A stretch of 59,372 nt of DNA, the filler included. It is 6 parts of 6 records of this genome, joined end to end, with 100 filler letters (N's around TTAATTAATTAA, not from the genome) between each part and the next. Parts side by side here need not be neighbours in the genome. Positions count along the whole stretch, not along the records: positions 16,535 to 26,532 come from SRR31147125_32; positions 26,633 to 32,662 come from SRR31147125_36; 4 more parts are not named here. The stretch is one strand, 5' to 3'. Numbering within the stretch: the stretch's first letter is position 1; the number at the start of each line of letters is the position of its first letter. Of this stretch, positions 21,195 to 32,499 are shown piece after piece. Position numbers and translations under genes: made by a program. The notes under the pieces are model-generated. The model did no database searches, was not told the origin of the DNA, and worked only from the letters and a program-made list of their open reading frames with translations.

Positions 21195-21668
21195 TTCTCC
21201 CCTTTCTATGTGGATCTTTTGTAAATCAACCTCCTGCGGTTTTACATACTGTACGGTTAGACCTTGTACATGTTGCATAATTAACAAAATAATCAGACGT
21301 TGAACATCTGGCGACCTGTAAGAGACAGGGCAATACGGTATTGTATTTCGAATGAATACATGAAAAAATCATTAATCTGGTTTTTTGGGTCTAAAATGAA
21401 ACCCAAATGACACCAAAATAGACCAATTGAGTGGATAACTTTTGATGGTGGAAAAGGTTGTAATCTAAAAATTTTTAATATTTACTTAATGTAAAGTCTT
21501 ATTTCAAAAAGTGCTAAAATATCTATTAGAGTCTAAAGCTATATTCACGCTTGACTTTTTTGGATAACATGCTTTCTTCAATCGTCAGCTATAAGTGAGA
21601 ATTTCTAAATGCCGGTTATGAGAACAACCTTCTAAAGAATTCTCGCATGAATGTCATAGCACAACTCA

Positions 21669-22952
21669 TTATTCTGTTGTTCTGAACTTTAAAGTATTAC
21701 TTTCACTATCTATCCCATCTTTACCTATAGCTAATATTTTCCAATAATAGGTTGTGTTTGTTTTCAAGTTTTCCAAAGTCTTGTTATTCTCAACCTGAGA
21801 TGGAGCATAAGGTGATCTGAGGATGTCCGCTTCACAGAATATTAAAGTGCTGCTTATAACCAGGCAGGCAAACACCACTTTTATTGCTCGTCTTCGCCTA
21901 AAAAGAAAAACAAAAAACACCAGGCCAACGCATAATGAAACAAATTGTCTGTTATTTGTCCCTGCTAATGGTGACTGTGCCACGAGAACAGGCTCAATAT
22001 CTGTAAAATCCGGATCAGATGAGCAGTACAAAAAATAATTATGTGCGTTTCCATTCCAGGTAAAGGTAACAGAGGCTGGATCCATATGATCCCCGTTTTT
22101 TGGTGATAACGCTTTTACCTGGTTAAAATACTCGGGGATACTATAATATGATACTCCTTTATTGAGCTCTTCTTCCAGATTAAATATCACAACTTCATCG
22201 AAATTGGAAAAATTATAGATATAAATGAGCCCCTTTTTCAAATCACATACCGTTGAAAGCACCGTGGAATTTGTCTGTTCCTGATGTACCGCATCACAAA
22301 TGGAACGGAATAAATCGATGGAGATATCACTGCTATTTTTCAACATGGCACTCGCGGTATTGTAGCGATAACAATTATACCATCTGTCGTTCTGTGTATC
22401 TGCGTTGGGAAAATTTGTCATAACCTGATAAAAGTCTTTATTGCGCAGGAAGACAACATCCTTTTCCCCAAACTCAATGAGCACCGAATTCCCCAACTTG
22501 TCCGCCACAAGATGATGACCAGTCCACCCCCAAGGCTCATAATACATGGAAAAAAGGTCAATCACATCATCCACTGTGGCGCATGTTTCCATAGCTATTT
22601 CAACCAACTCATATGGAGGATGTGGTTTATTAAAATAATTCTGAACATCGGATCTAACACCAAATGTACCTTCGTCGTATACAGATGCACTGGCATACCA
22701 CAAACCCTGATCATTCATTCCTGCTGTGTTAATAAAGCCGCCTGTTCCTTCATTGCCAATGTGAACCCGCCCATACTTGCCCTCTGATGGTGGTGTAAAC
22801 AATAATCTCGTTTGTATATTATCCCAATCGGTATTTTTGGCTCCGAAAATCTTTCCATCTTTTGCTGCCGTAAAAACGGTACAGGCACTTGAAGGATAAA
22901 TTAAGAGGCATATAAATTGAAAAATCACTAATAAACCAATACTTATTTTCAT
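21669..22952 (-). CDS. secreted Ntn-hydrolase (C45/choloylglycine hydrolase-like) with C-terminal FN3-like domain
   Basis: Signal peptide then CTVF nucleophile, GAKNTD, GMNDQGL, HHLVADKLG, MTNF; YYWK FN3-like tail. Confidence 0.8.
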   Translation of the reverse strand: MKISIGLLVIFQFICLLIYPSSACTVFTAAKDGKIFGAKNTDWDNIQTRLLFTPPSEGKYGRVHIGNEGTGGFINTAGMNDQGLWYASASVYDEGTFGVRSDVQNYFNKPHPPYELVEIAMETCATVDDVIDLFSMYYEPWGWTGHHLVADKLGNSVLIEFGEKDVVFLRNKDFYQVMTNFPNADTQNDRWYNCYRYNTASAMLKNSSDISIDLFRSICDAVHQEQTNSTVLSTVCDLKKGLIYIYNFSNFDEVVIFNLEEELNKGVSYYSIPEYFNQVKALSPKNGDHMDPASVTFTWNGNAHNYFLYCSSDPDFTDIEPVLVAQSPLAGTNNRQFVSLCVGLVFFVFLFRRRRAIKVVFACLVISSTLIFCEADILRSPYAPSQVENNKTLENLKTNTTYYWKILAIGKDGIDSESNTLKFRTTE

Positions 22953-22973
22953 CTCTTTTACCTCTGGTAAAAA

Positions 22974-23552
22974 TTAAAAGGAATAGCCCACCAGAACGGA
23001 AAAAACGCGATGTTTCAATTCAATGTCGTTTTCACTCACATCAAAATTGAGCATACCCTGATGGAATCGAAAATCAACAGCTATTTTCCACAGTTCAATT
23101 CCACCACCCAGTAATAGTTCGACATCCGTTTTCCGAATCTCATCCAGTTCCCCCACATCATTGGTGGCGGCAATTTTGAGATCCAGAGCTGGTCCAATAT
23201 AGAAAAAAGGCCGTATCATTTTATCATTTCGCAGAGTCATTTTTGCAAGGATTGGTAGCTGGAAGTAAAGGAAAATATTAGACAAATACGCATCACCCAC
23301 AACATTGATTTTGGCCCCTTTTGTCGTGAAAAACAACTCTTGCTGCAATGAAAATCTGTTATTGAGTTGATAGGTCACAAATCCCCCGAAAACAATCCCG
23401 GGTTGCGCATTCGTACCAAGTCCTGGAATATCGCGTCCGCTAAAATTCGCCGAATTATACCCCAATTTTAATCCGCTATGGCGAAAATCACCGGCCACTA
23501 ACGTAGAAGAGAAAATGAGTATCATAGAGGCAATAACGAACATCTTTTTCAT
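22974..23552 (-). CDS. outer membrane beta-barrel (PorT/porin family) protein
   Basis: Signal peptide, GLKLGYN, YFQLPILAK, terminal aromatic motif VGYSF. Confidence 0.82.
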   Translation of the reverse strand: MKKMFVIASMILIFSSTLVAGDFRHSGLKLGYNSANFSGRDIPGLGTNAQPGIVFGGFVTYQLNNRFSLQQELFFTTKGAKINVVGDAYLSNIFLYFQLPILAKMTLRNDKMIRPFFYIGPALDLKIAATNDVGELDEIRKTDVELLLGGGIELWKIAVDFRFHQGMLNFDVSENDIELKHRVFSVLVGYSF

Positions 23553-24824
23553 TGCTCATCCCTTTCTTTTTACAGTTCACTGCAGATATTTTTGTACTTT
23601 ACATGAGAAATGAGATGAAAAGTGAATCGTTTCAGTGCTTACAAGTGGTTATTCATGTGAGAACGAGCTGGAAGCGAGTTTGAGAGCATTATATTTTACA
23701 TGTACGTCGGAAAATATTTTTTGTTACAAAGCAAAAGGTCGTGCGCCTTTTTGAAGGTTTCGGATAACAAAATTTCTTCAGTTGTTAGCGCTTTGCAGGT
23801 TTTCCTAGGTGACGCTATTGAGAACAACCTTTGGAAGAGTTCCTATAAAATGGATATTATGATCCTAAATATTCTCTGGTACTGGAATAAATAAAATACT
23901 ATGATTGTTATTCATATAAATTCGACAAAAATATTGTTTTCTAATCAAAATTTTCGAATTAACACACGACTAGAGTATCTCCTTTAATCAGAAAATGAGT
24001 TTTTTTTCCACTCCAAGACCATCCACTTTACCTTTAGACACGCTTTCCGAAACCCTCCATATCTACCTTCTGCGGGTTCAAATGAAGATATTACTTTTTA
24101 TCCCAATGAGTTGCTGTTGAATAACAAACTTTTAGAATTTGTATTTCCATTTAGTTCTGAGGCAGGCGATGGAGATGTTGGGACGTGACGTCGGGTTTCT
24201 TATTCAATTATCAACGTTTATTAATTTTTCTGAACATCTCTAAGGATAAAATAGTGCGTTATACTATAAATGAGTGATAACGCCATTTACAAAATCTATA
24301 ATTGGACCTTTGATAAAGGAAATTACCGAATGCTACAAAACATAATATTTTCAAAAAGTTCTGCCAAAAATAAAAAATAGAATGTCTTTATGTGTTTAAA
24401 TCCTCAAAATGGTAAACTTGAGATAAATGGATGGATACATTATTAACAGGCTGGGTAGCAAGGGGATAATTATTGCATTAGCTGAAAAAATATGACACAC
24501 CCCAGAAAGCGCGCTTTATTTTTGAATAACAAAGTGTGTCTTATTGGAAACCTCTCCAAACGTAAATCATCCCGATATGTTTTTGTGCAATCAATTGCAT
24601 CGGTAACTACAAAACAGGACTGTCTTCCCAAATTAGGATTTCTAACACATTTGCAATCGATTTTAATTAACATTTGAGAGCTTACCAAAATGAAATTTAG
24701 AATCCATAACAAAAATCCTCCAGTGTAATCTTGGAAATTTGTATCGATGCGCATTTCTTTTGGCTGAACCTTAAAAAACAAAATTAGACATTGTAAATTC
24801 AATCTATTAAAAAAGGAGAAAACA

Positions 24825-26155
24825 ATGATAAAAAAGATTTGTGTCTTACTGATATGTTTGGCACTAATTGCCCTTTTTGTAATTTTCTGCCAAAAGACAC
24901 CGACAAATCACATAGAAAACAAACCTGCAATTCCACCGAGTGATCGCTCTTCGAGACCAGATATAGGACCGGGCGAGAGCAACTGGACTCCGTCGCTCAA
25001 GAAATCTACTTCGTCGGGTATCACGACAACAGATTTAAATGCAATGAATGTTTACGATGTGGTCTCAGCTTTGATTGGAGCAGGACCTAATGCACCGAAC
25101 ATTTCAAACATTTCCTTTACAGGAACCAATATTGCTTGCGGTACATTCTCAGGTGGTACAGGCATTGTTGGTTTCGAGAACGGTATCATTCTGAGTAGTG
25201 GTAACATTTCTTCAGTGCCAGGCCCAAATGTTAGCGACGGTATCACAACGAATAATGGGCTTCCTGGAGATTCGGATCTCGATGGACTGATTCCCGGTTA
25301 CACAACCAACGACGCAACTGTGTTGGAATTCGACTTTGAATGTGAAATGCTTCAGGTTATCTCATTCCAATATGTATTCACCTCCGATGAGTATAACGAA
25401 TATGTCAACACTGCGTATAACGATGTCTTTGGATTCTTCCTTAACGGTGTTAACATTGCCTTACTCCCTGATGGAGTTACTCCAGTCTCAATCAACAACG
25501 TAAACTGTGGCAATCCAACAGGTGATCCGACTCAGAGCAATTGTAGCTATTATATTAACAACGATCTTGATGATGGTGGCGGTACGATTAACACTGAAAT
25601 GGACGGACTGACAGTAGTTTTTACGGCAACATCACCTGTGAATCCGGGTGTCAACCATATCAAATTAGCAATCGCAGATGCGGGTGATCATATTCTCGAT
25701 TCAAATGTATTTATCAAGGGTGAGAGCTTTTTGTGCGCTCCCCCTCCATTGACGTCCCCCTCGACATCAAACCGCAATCCTGTCCCAATCCGTTGAATAT
25801 CAATTCTGTCGGAACTTTTCCGGTAGCAATCCTTGGCACCAACGACTTTGACATAACCCAGGTTGATTTGGCCACAATTCAATTAGAAGGTGTGTCGCCA
25901 TTGCGGGTAAATGAAGAGGACGTAGCAACACCCTTTGAGCCCTATATTGGTAAGGAGGATTGCAACTTGGACTGCACCACAGAGGGACCCGATGGGCAAA
26001 TGGACCTCACCATGAAGTTTGACACTCAAACAATCGTAGGAGCCTTAGGTGCAGTCAATGATGGTGATTGCCTGGTGTTAAAGCTCACTGGCAACCTTCT
26101 TGATGGAACGCCAATAGAGGGCGAAGATGTTGTTGTGATAAAAAAGAAAAACTAA
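24825..26155 (+). CDS. choice-of-anchor L domain lipoprotein, ~443 aa; split by a 1-nt frameshift near 25740
   Basis: Lipobox-like VIFC; GIILSSG, FQYVFTSDEYNEY, NDVFGFF, HIKLAIADAGD..DSNVF; continues into IDVPLDIKPQSCPNPLN in the next frame. Confidence 0.78.
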
Positions 26156-26387
26156 TGGTTGGCCTTACACTGATGAAAAACGGTAAGAACTCCTCTTCCC
26201 CTGTTGATGCTATAATATTAGATCACACCACCGTTGACTTTCGTACATTTTAAACGATTGCGCACCTATCGAATACTGTGATTGTGTTTTCATCGTTAAT
26301 TTATACGCATATTTAATGCTATAAGTTAAATAACTCATTGATAAAACTATGGATTTACAATCTGAATTTAATCACTGGCCAAAGTAA

Positions 26388-26430
26388 TGAAGCAGTAAGG
26401 GCCGGTTTTATTTCAGCCCTTACTGTTTCA
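26388..26430. terminator. stem-loop, probable terminator
   Basis: TGAAGCAGTAAGGGC / GCCCTTACTGTTTCA inverted repeat. Confidence 0.5.
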
Positions 26431-26532
26431 CCGGATCGGAGCATTCCCAAAAACTCTCAGGATTCATCATAATCCACCTTTGATAATGAAAAACCAAATT
26501 TTACGAACACAAACAAGATCCGATTCTTTTTG

Positions 26533-26632
26533 NNNNNNNNNNNNNNNNNNNNNNNNNNNNNNNNNNNNNNNNNNNNTTAATTAATTAANNNNNNNNNNNN
26601 NNNNNNNNNNNNNNNNNNNNNNNNNNNNNNNN
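26533..26632. other. artificial contig spacer
   Basis: N-run with TTAATTAATTAA. Confidence 0.98.
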
Positions 26633-27538
26633 GGGTTTATCTAATTTTTGTAATTTAGAGAGGCTAGGATAAAAAACGTCTCCAATTGATTTAATCAACA
26701 GCGTATTTGGTAATTTAAGCACCACCTTCACCATTGTGTAGAAACCTGCGTATTGAGTGCCAGCCAGACTAGCAAGCACCAATATAGGAACACTTCTTGA
26801 GACTGCACTCAAAAAAACTTCAGGAGCACGATATAGAGGAAAGGAACTGTACGCTTTTGCAATTAATAATAGCTGGCTCAATGATTGGCGAGATATCGTA
26901 TTTTTTCTACGGAAAACAGTCGTCAGTTTCGCATAGAAAATCATCAGGAATGAGTTCAATAAACTTCCGCACAACGATAAAACGATCAGCACTCCACCCA
27001 CAGGAGAGACACAACCACCTGCAACTTTGCTGGCATTAAACACAAATGAATGTATTAATCCGACTTTAGCACTGACACTAAACTGAGAATCACGGATCAG
27101 ATATTGCTGCATAACCTGCTGCACGGTGTGAAAAAACATCATGAGTGGAATCAACATCTTATAGGGGATCAGCACTTCTAAACCTATAAATTCTGCTAGA
27201 GAATCACCCACTGTAAACAACACTGCGGCAACTATTAATGAGATAAAAAATGAAATAAAAAAACTTAATGCAGCCAACACCTCGGCGTCTGTATTTTTCG
27301 CAGGAAGGACAATAGCGACGGGATAGGAAAGAGAAGCCATGGGCCCCAATATTGCTGTAGTAGCCATAAAGGCACCCAATACACCAAAAGCATCAGGCCC
27401 ATAAATTCTAGCCACGAAAGGAGAGAAAATCAGAGAAATGGCCTGTGCGCCAGCTGTCCCGCCGGCGACGACAAGAGAATTACGAACAAAACTGCTGGCT
27501 AACAATTCTTTCAGCACGAGCCCACACTCACTCCACAA
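26633..27538 (-). CDS. wzx: Wzx-type oligosaccharide flippase (3' end cut by contig edge)
   Basis: GTAGAQAISLIFSPFVARIYGPDAFG, SLSYPVAIVLP; polytopic membrane protein. Confidence 0.82.
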
Positions 27539-27589
27539 TTAAAGGGAGAACACCATTTCAATGGAATACTCATTCAAATTGTTGTTTAT

Positions 27590-28450
27590 TTATTTACCTT
27601 CAGGCGGTTCTATTTCAACAAATTTACTCGTACTATAAACTCTGCCATTTTTCAGGATGCCCCATTTGCCACCGTAAGGATCGTCGGGAAGGACGACAAG
27701 ATAACCTTGGGTCACGAGCTCTGAAAGCTTGCTAGGCAAGCGACCTTCTCTCTGTTTAAACTGCGACAGGGCGTTTTCAATAACAACAGCTCTTTCCAAT
27801 GCGGTCATGCGATTCTGAAGACGCTTCTTCAATAGAGGATCTTCTGTGTCGAGAAGCATCTGTTTAAGAAACAAAAGTGCTGTCTGCGACTTCCCTCCAT
27901 AGTAAGCCAGCCTTGCTCCCAACGTTTTTAGATAGGCCGGGCTTCCTGGCAGCTGCGATGCCTGCATAATATATTTGGAAGCGGTTTCATAGTCCCTCAA
28001 AAAATAGAAAGAGTTAAAGCCAACAAAAAACGGTAAACGCCAATCAGAGTCCCGAAAAGCCATCCCTTTAATGAGCAGACTGTTTGCCTCCTGTGGCATT
28101 CCTGCATCCCAGGCCAACAAGCCTTCGGCTAGCATATACGGATCGGTGAAATAGGGGTCGAGGTCCGTCACCACCTCTAAACTGCGAATCACAAATTGCC
28201 AATCTTCCTCTTGCATCATCTGACTGGAACCAATACGTCCACCAATAAAGGTTGCGGTTTTGAGGAATAGAAAATCGGACAACAGTCCTTGATGCCCCAG
28301 TGCAAGTACGCGGCTAAATTTCGATGGAATTACATAACCGGCCGGGGTCGCCTCACGCACTGCCTCACGACTTTTCCAAAGGCCTGGGAAGAGCCACGCG
28401 TAACACAAGAGCGCAAGAGTCAAGCACAATAGCGAAAACCAACGCCGCAT
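27590..28450 (-). CDS. pilin-locus TPR-like protein (XapA/PilG-like)
   Basis: N-terminal TM; LDPYFTDPY, WRLPFFVGF TPR-like helices; C-terminal LPDDPYGG; position after the ABC permease in a pilin locus. Confidence 0.65.
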   Translation of the reverse strand: MRRWFSLLCLTLALLCYAWLFPGLWKSREAVREATPAGYVIPSKFSRVLALGHQGLLSDFLFLKTATFIGGRIGSSQMMQEEDWQFVIRSLEVVTDLDPYFTDPYMLAEGLLAWDAGMPQEANSLLIKGMAFRDSDWRLPFFVGFNSFYFLRDYETASKYIMQASQLPGSPAYLKTLGARLAYYGGKSQTALLFLKQMLLDTEDPLLKKRLQNRMTALERAVVIENALSQFKQREGRLPSKLSELVTQGYLVVLPDDPYGGKWGILKNGRVYSTSKFVEIEPPEGK

Positions 28451-29265
28451 CAGTTAAATTCCCGACGACTGAAGATAAATGATGCCAACAGCAAAAGAAT
28501 AACCGTATAAAGGGCCCCGTATCCCAGAGACAAAGTCAAACGGTTGCCCGCAATGGCTAAACCATGTGCGGCCTCAAGAGAAAAATCAAACACGGAAAAA
28601 TTCGGTATGACGTACGAGGTCACAGAGATAAAAGTCCTCAACGCTTCTGAAATAATCTTTTCCTGCGCGGCTAATTCGCTGTGGAGGTAAAAAATAACTT
28701 CTTCAATGGTTACTCCGGCAATGTAACTCCCTAAGGTAAAAATCAATGTCACCAAAGAACTACTGGTAATCGCACTGAAAAAAACCACAATTGCCGTCAG
28801 AACACCTAATTTGACCAAAATAAAAAAAAATGCTGTGAAGAAAATATTCCATGCGAAACCGATAAAGTAATTCGGATACATGGACAAAAGCAGCGCTATC
28901 GTCAGACTTGAAACCAACAGTAAGAGAAGTAAGGAAGCGACAACAAAAAATAAAAGGCCAAAGTACTTCCCCCAAATATATTGACTCCGAGAAATCGGTT
29001 TTGACAGAACGAGATGAATGGTCTTACGATCAATATCTTTAGCCATAAGATTAACACCGACAAAAAAAACCAACAGCAGCCCGGCCACAGTCAAGGCCGT
29101 CAGGTTCATATCAACCGTTACCTTCCCGATATCACGCATAAAGAAACCGGCCACCGAAACGTTCAACCCAAGCAGAAAAAGGGCAAAAAGAGCAATTCCG
29201 AACAAGGCACGATTGCGTATGCCCTCTTTAAAAGTGATCACTGCCAACGAATAGACAGACATCAT
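28450..29265 (-). CDS. xapB: ABC-2 type permease (XapB/PilI-like)
   Basis: TFKEGIRNR, KDIDRKTIHLVLSKPISRSQYIWGKY, IFSRREF. Confidence 0.75.
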   Translation of the reverse strand: MMSVYSLAVITFKEGIRNRALFGIALFALFLLGLNVSVAGFFMRDIGKVTVDMNLTALTVAGLLLVFFVGVNLMAKDIDRKTIHLVLSKPISRSQYIWGKYFGLLFFVVASLLLLLLVSSLTIALLLSMYPNYFIGFAWNIFFTAFFFILVKLGVLTAIVVFFSAITSSSLVTLIFTLGSYIAGVTIEEVIFYLHSELAAQEKIISEALRTFISVTSYVIPNFSVFDFSLEAAHGLAIAGNRLTLSLGYGALYTVILLLLASFIFSRREFN

Positions 29266-30187
29266 TGTTCAAACTCCTTCACAGCTTGCATAAACATGTC
29301 CTCCAGCGATACCCACTCGGACCGACAACCGCGGACCCCTACTCCGGCACTCTCAATATAGTCGTTGATCGTAAAATATTGGTCAGCAGGAAGCGCAACC
29401 AAATGCCCTCCATGCTCCTCTCTGACCATGCCACCAAACGTTTTTATCTGCTCTGCTTGTGCAGGGGTTAAGAATTGCGTCTCCAGAAAAACCATTTTCC
29501 CATCGTTATTCATAAAATCTTTTTTTTCAAACTGCTTAATCAGCTGACCATTATTCATCAAACCAATTCTGTCACAAAGACGTTCGACGTCATTAAGAAT
29601 ATGCGAGCAGAAAAAGATTGTTTTCCCAGCCGCCTTAAGATCCATCACCAGATCAAAAACCATTTTTCGACCGATCGGGTCAAGACCCGACATCGGCTCA
29701 TCCAGCACGACAATAGCTGGGTCGTGAAGAAGGGCAAAACAAAGACCAGCGCGTTGTAGCATACCTTTAGAAAAGGTCCTTAAAGGCCTTTTTGGGCATT
29801 GAGCAAACCTAATCTATCCATCAGATCGAAGCCACGTAATTTGCCAACCGCATGACTTAAGCCAGAGGACTTACCACAGAAGTCTAGAAGTTCTAAAAGA
29901 GTTAGATGATCATAAAGGTAGGGATTTTCAGGCAGGTATCCTAAATCTTCTCGATTTTCAATTTTACTTAAAGATTGCCCCCGAAAAACAATCTGCCCCT
30001 CATCTGGACGTGATAACCCCAACAACATACGGATTGTTGTGCTTTTACCCGCTCCGTTTGGACCGATCAATCCAAAAACTTCCCCTTCAACAACGCTAAA
30101 ACTTAGGTCGTTAACAGCCAGTACTTGTTTTTTGAATAGGCCTGGATTGTATGATTTTCGTATATTCATGCATTCAATGGCGTACAT
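29262..30187 (-). CDS. xapD: ABC transporter ATP-binding protein (XapD/PilH-like), ~308 aa; 1-nt frameshift near 29790
   Basis: Walker [10 protein letters not shown]; restored signature FSKGMLQR; Walker [14 protein letters not shown]-loop CSH. Confidence 0.82.
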
Positions 30188-32011
30188 GTAATTTCCCCAT
30201 GAAAGTGTCAATCAAGCCAGAAGGATCGGTATCATAAGGCAAAAATTCACTTAAGGGCTTACCCGTTTCCCTTGAAGCCTTCAAAACATTTAAATAATGC
30301 ATAAACTCCCAATATGAATCTCTAGCGGCTCGTAAATCAATAGCCCTTCTGATCGCAACCTTAGACTTTTCTTCATCACCCAAAAACTGCGCTATAATAG
30401 CAAGATTAAACCACTGCCAATGAGCACCTTGTATATCGGTCAACTTTTCAACCGAGGGATAAATATGAGTTGCCAATTCTTCGTCATTATTGTGAAGGGC
30501 CTCTTTAACATATCGAGGTGTCATTTTGAGCATCAACGGAAATTCTATGAAAGGATTAGATGTCAGTTCTGTATATTGACTAAAACTACTGTCTAAGCCT
30601 TCGCCTTTTACATTTCGATAAAAGAGACCCGCCCGTATTTGATAATATGAAAAAGTACATAATATAATTAATGAGCCTATTGCAGTCATTTTTACGACCA
30701 ACTTTTTCGTACCTTCAAGCTTCACCATTTTCAACGGATACTGTGCTAACAAAAGACCAAGTAATGTAAAAAAGATGGGGGCCAACGCAGGGTGTCTCAG
30801 TGGCCACGAAAACATCGATTGTACGATAAATGGAAGCAGTAAAACATGACTGTAAATGTAAATGGGAGTGCTTGACTCTGGTAATTTAAAAATAAAATAA
30901 ATCTTACGAAAATATAGAAAAATAAAAATCACTATAATGATAAATACAATTAGCCCAGTCTCACATAAAAGTTGTAATAGCTCATTGTGAGACCAGTCTG
31001 TATAACCCATCGATTCATATTGAACAAAACCAAGAATATCATGAGATTGCGTAATATATTTAGGAAGAAAAATTTTAAAGTTATCGAGACCAACACCAAA
31101 GATTGGATAATCCATAAAGATCAGAACAGACGCAAGCCAATATATAAATCTGGATTCGATATTAGACGAATTGCTCGAGATAACTCTTGAAATTGAACTA
31201 TCACCAAATAAAAAATCGAGACAAGAGACTGATAGATATGCAATAAAAACTAAGAATGAAAGGACGAAGAAACGTCTTTTTGAATTCAGGTCTTCTGCTA
31301 AATATCTCCCACGAACAATGAGCCAAAACATAATTAAATAAAAGAAAGAAAAACACAAATAACCAGATCTTGATCTAGTCATAAAAAAAACCAGGCAGAC
31401 CAATAAAAATGGGAGATAAACCAAGTAACTATAACTTTTTATGTAATAATCTTTATTATGAACATATTGATAAAAAAGAATAATAATTGAAATCAACAAG
31501 AGCAAAGAAAATAAATTTGGCTGCCCGTATATTCCAGCAACCCTTGCATTAACATTAGCAGGAAGAATGTAAGGGATGAGCATCTTCTTGCTAGCCCCTA
31601 AAAAGACTGAATTAAAGTATTCGTATAATCCTAAGCATGAAACAAAAACGGAAACAACCGAAAAAGTATTAAAAAAAACCTTGATGATTTTTCTATGTCG
31701 GCAACAAAAATTGACCTGACATATATAGAAAACTGTAATAAAAATGAAGTTATTAATAGGTAGATAAAACCTATATAGAAGTTACCACTACTAAAAGTGA
31801 AAGATAAAAAAACTATTAATATAAGAAATAAAACTCTTATATTAATAGAGAAATTAACATCTGAAAAAATATAAATTAAAAGAGAAAAGAAAATGAAAAA
31901 TATAATTTTTGGCGTGGTGCTAATATTGATAAAAAATGGCGAGACGATAAAGTTAACAAAAAAAACAAGTGTAAAAATATATTTCATTTGAGAAGTTTTA
32001 GCTAGTTCCAT
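30174..32011 (-). CDS. O-oligosaccharyltransferase / O-antigen ligase (Wzy_C, PglL/TfpO-like), ~612 aa; 1-nt frameshift near 31665
   Basis: GIYGQPNLFS, TRSRSG, R..YW...PIFGVGLDNF, SHNELLQLLCETG, SMFSWPL; upstream 126-aa ORF joins after one indel in a T-run. Confidence 0.8.
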
Positions 32012-32028
32012 CTAGAAAATCCTTCTCG

Positions 32029-32066
32029 AAAAACGAAGTCAGGCCATTAAACATGACCTGACTTCG
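32029..32066 (-). terminator. intrinsic terminator after the pilin genes
   Basis: CGAAGTCAGG / CCTGACTTCG stem followed by a T5 tract on the minus strand. Confidence 0.7.
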
Positions 32067-32094
32067 ATATTACACAAAAACTACGAATTAGAGA

Positions 32095-32472
32095 TTATTC
32101 TGCGCTCCAAATATCACCTGACCACTGATCTTCAGATTCTGCAGTGGCAACCGTATTTGGCACCTGGGCATACAAGGCCTCCAACGTTGTGGCTGAATCA
32201 GCCGTAGACTTATAAATCTTTGTAATGGAAGAAGCTGAAGCATAAACACGCTTGCCCGCGGTATGGTATGCAGCGATGATAAAGAAGTCGGCAGTTCCTA
32301 GATTATCCAACCCAGAATATGCGCCGAAAACCTTGGGGGACAGTTGAATCTCGACCGTGTTTGTTGCTCCACAGACCAATGAGCCGCCCGAAGATTCCTG
32401 TGTCAAATCAGCAAAACTTGGAATAGCACCTAAAAACACACTCATCACAACCAGAACTAATATTTTTTTCAT
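32095..32472 (-). CDS. PilA-C-like secreted partner of the short pilin
   Basis: Sec signal peptide; LSPKVFGAY and YHTAGKRVYAS..ITKIY; immediately downstream of the truncated pilin, as in Geobacter pilA-N/pilA-C. Confidence 0.72.
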   Translation of the reverse strand: MKKILVLVVMSVFLGAIPSFADLTQESSGGSLVCGATNTVEIQLSPKVFGAYSGLDNLGTADFFIIAAYHTAGKRVYASASSITKIYKSTADSATTLEALYAQVPNTVATAESEDQWSGDIWSAE

Positions 32473-32499
32473 ATCTTATAGTCTCCCTAGCAGTCTTTA

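Noticed and set aside
23700-24802. ORFs 23700-23894, 24470-24802 and 24492-24677
   Set aside because: Short, no convincing RBS and no family features; not supportable as genes
21288-26532. Integron cassette array (attC sites) among the secreted-protein genes
   Set aside because: No paired RYYYAAC/GTTRRRY core sites with the required inverted structure could be found, and there is no integrase
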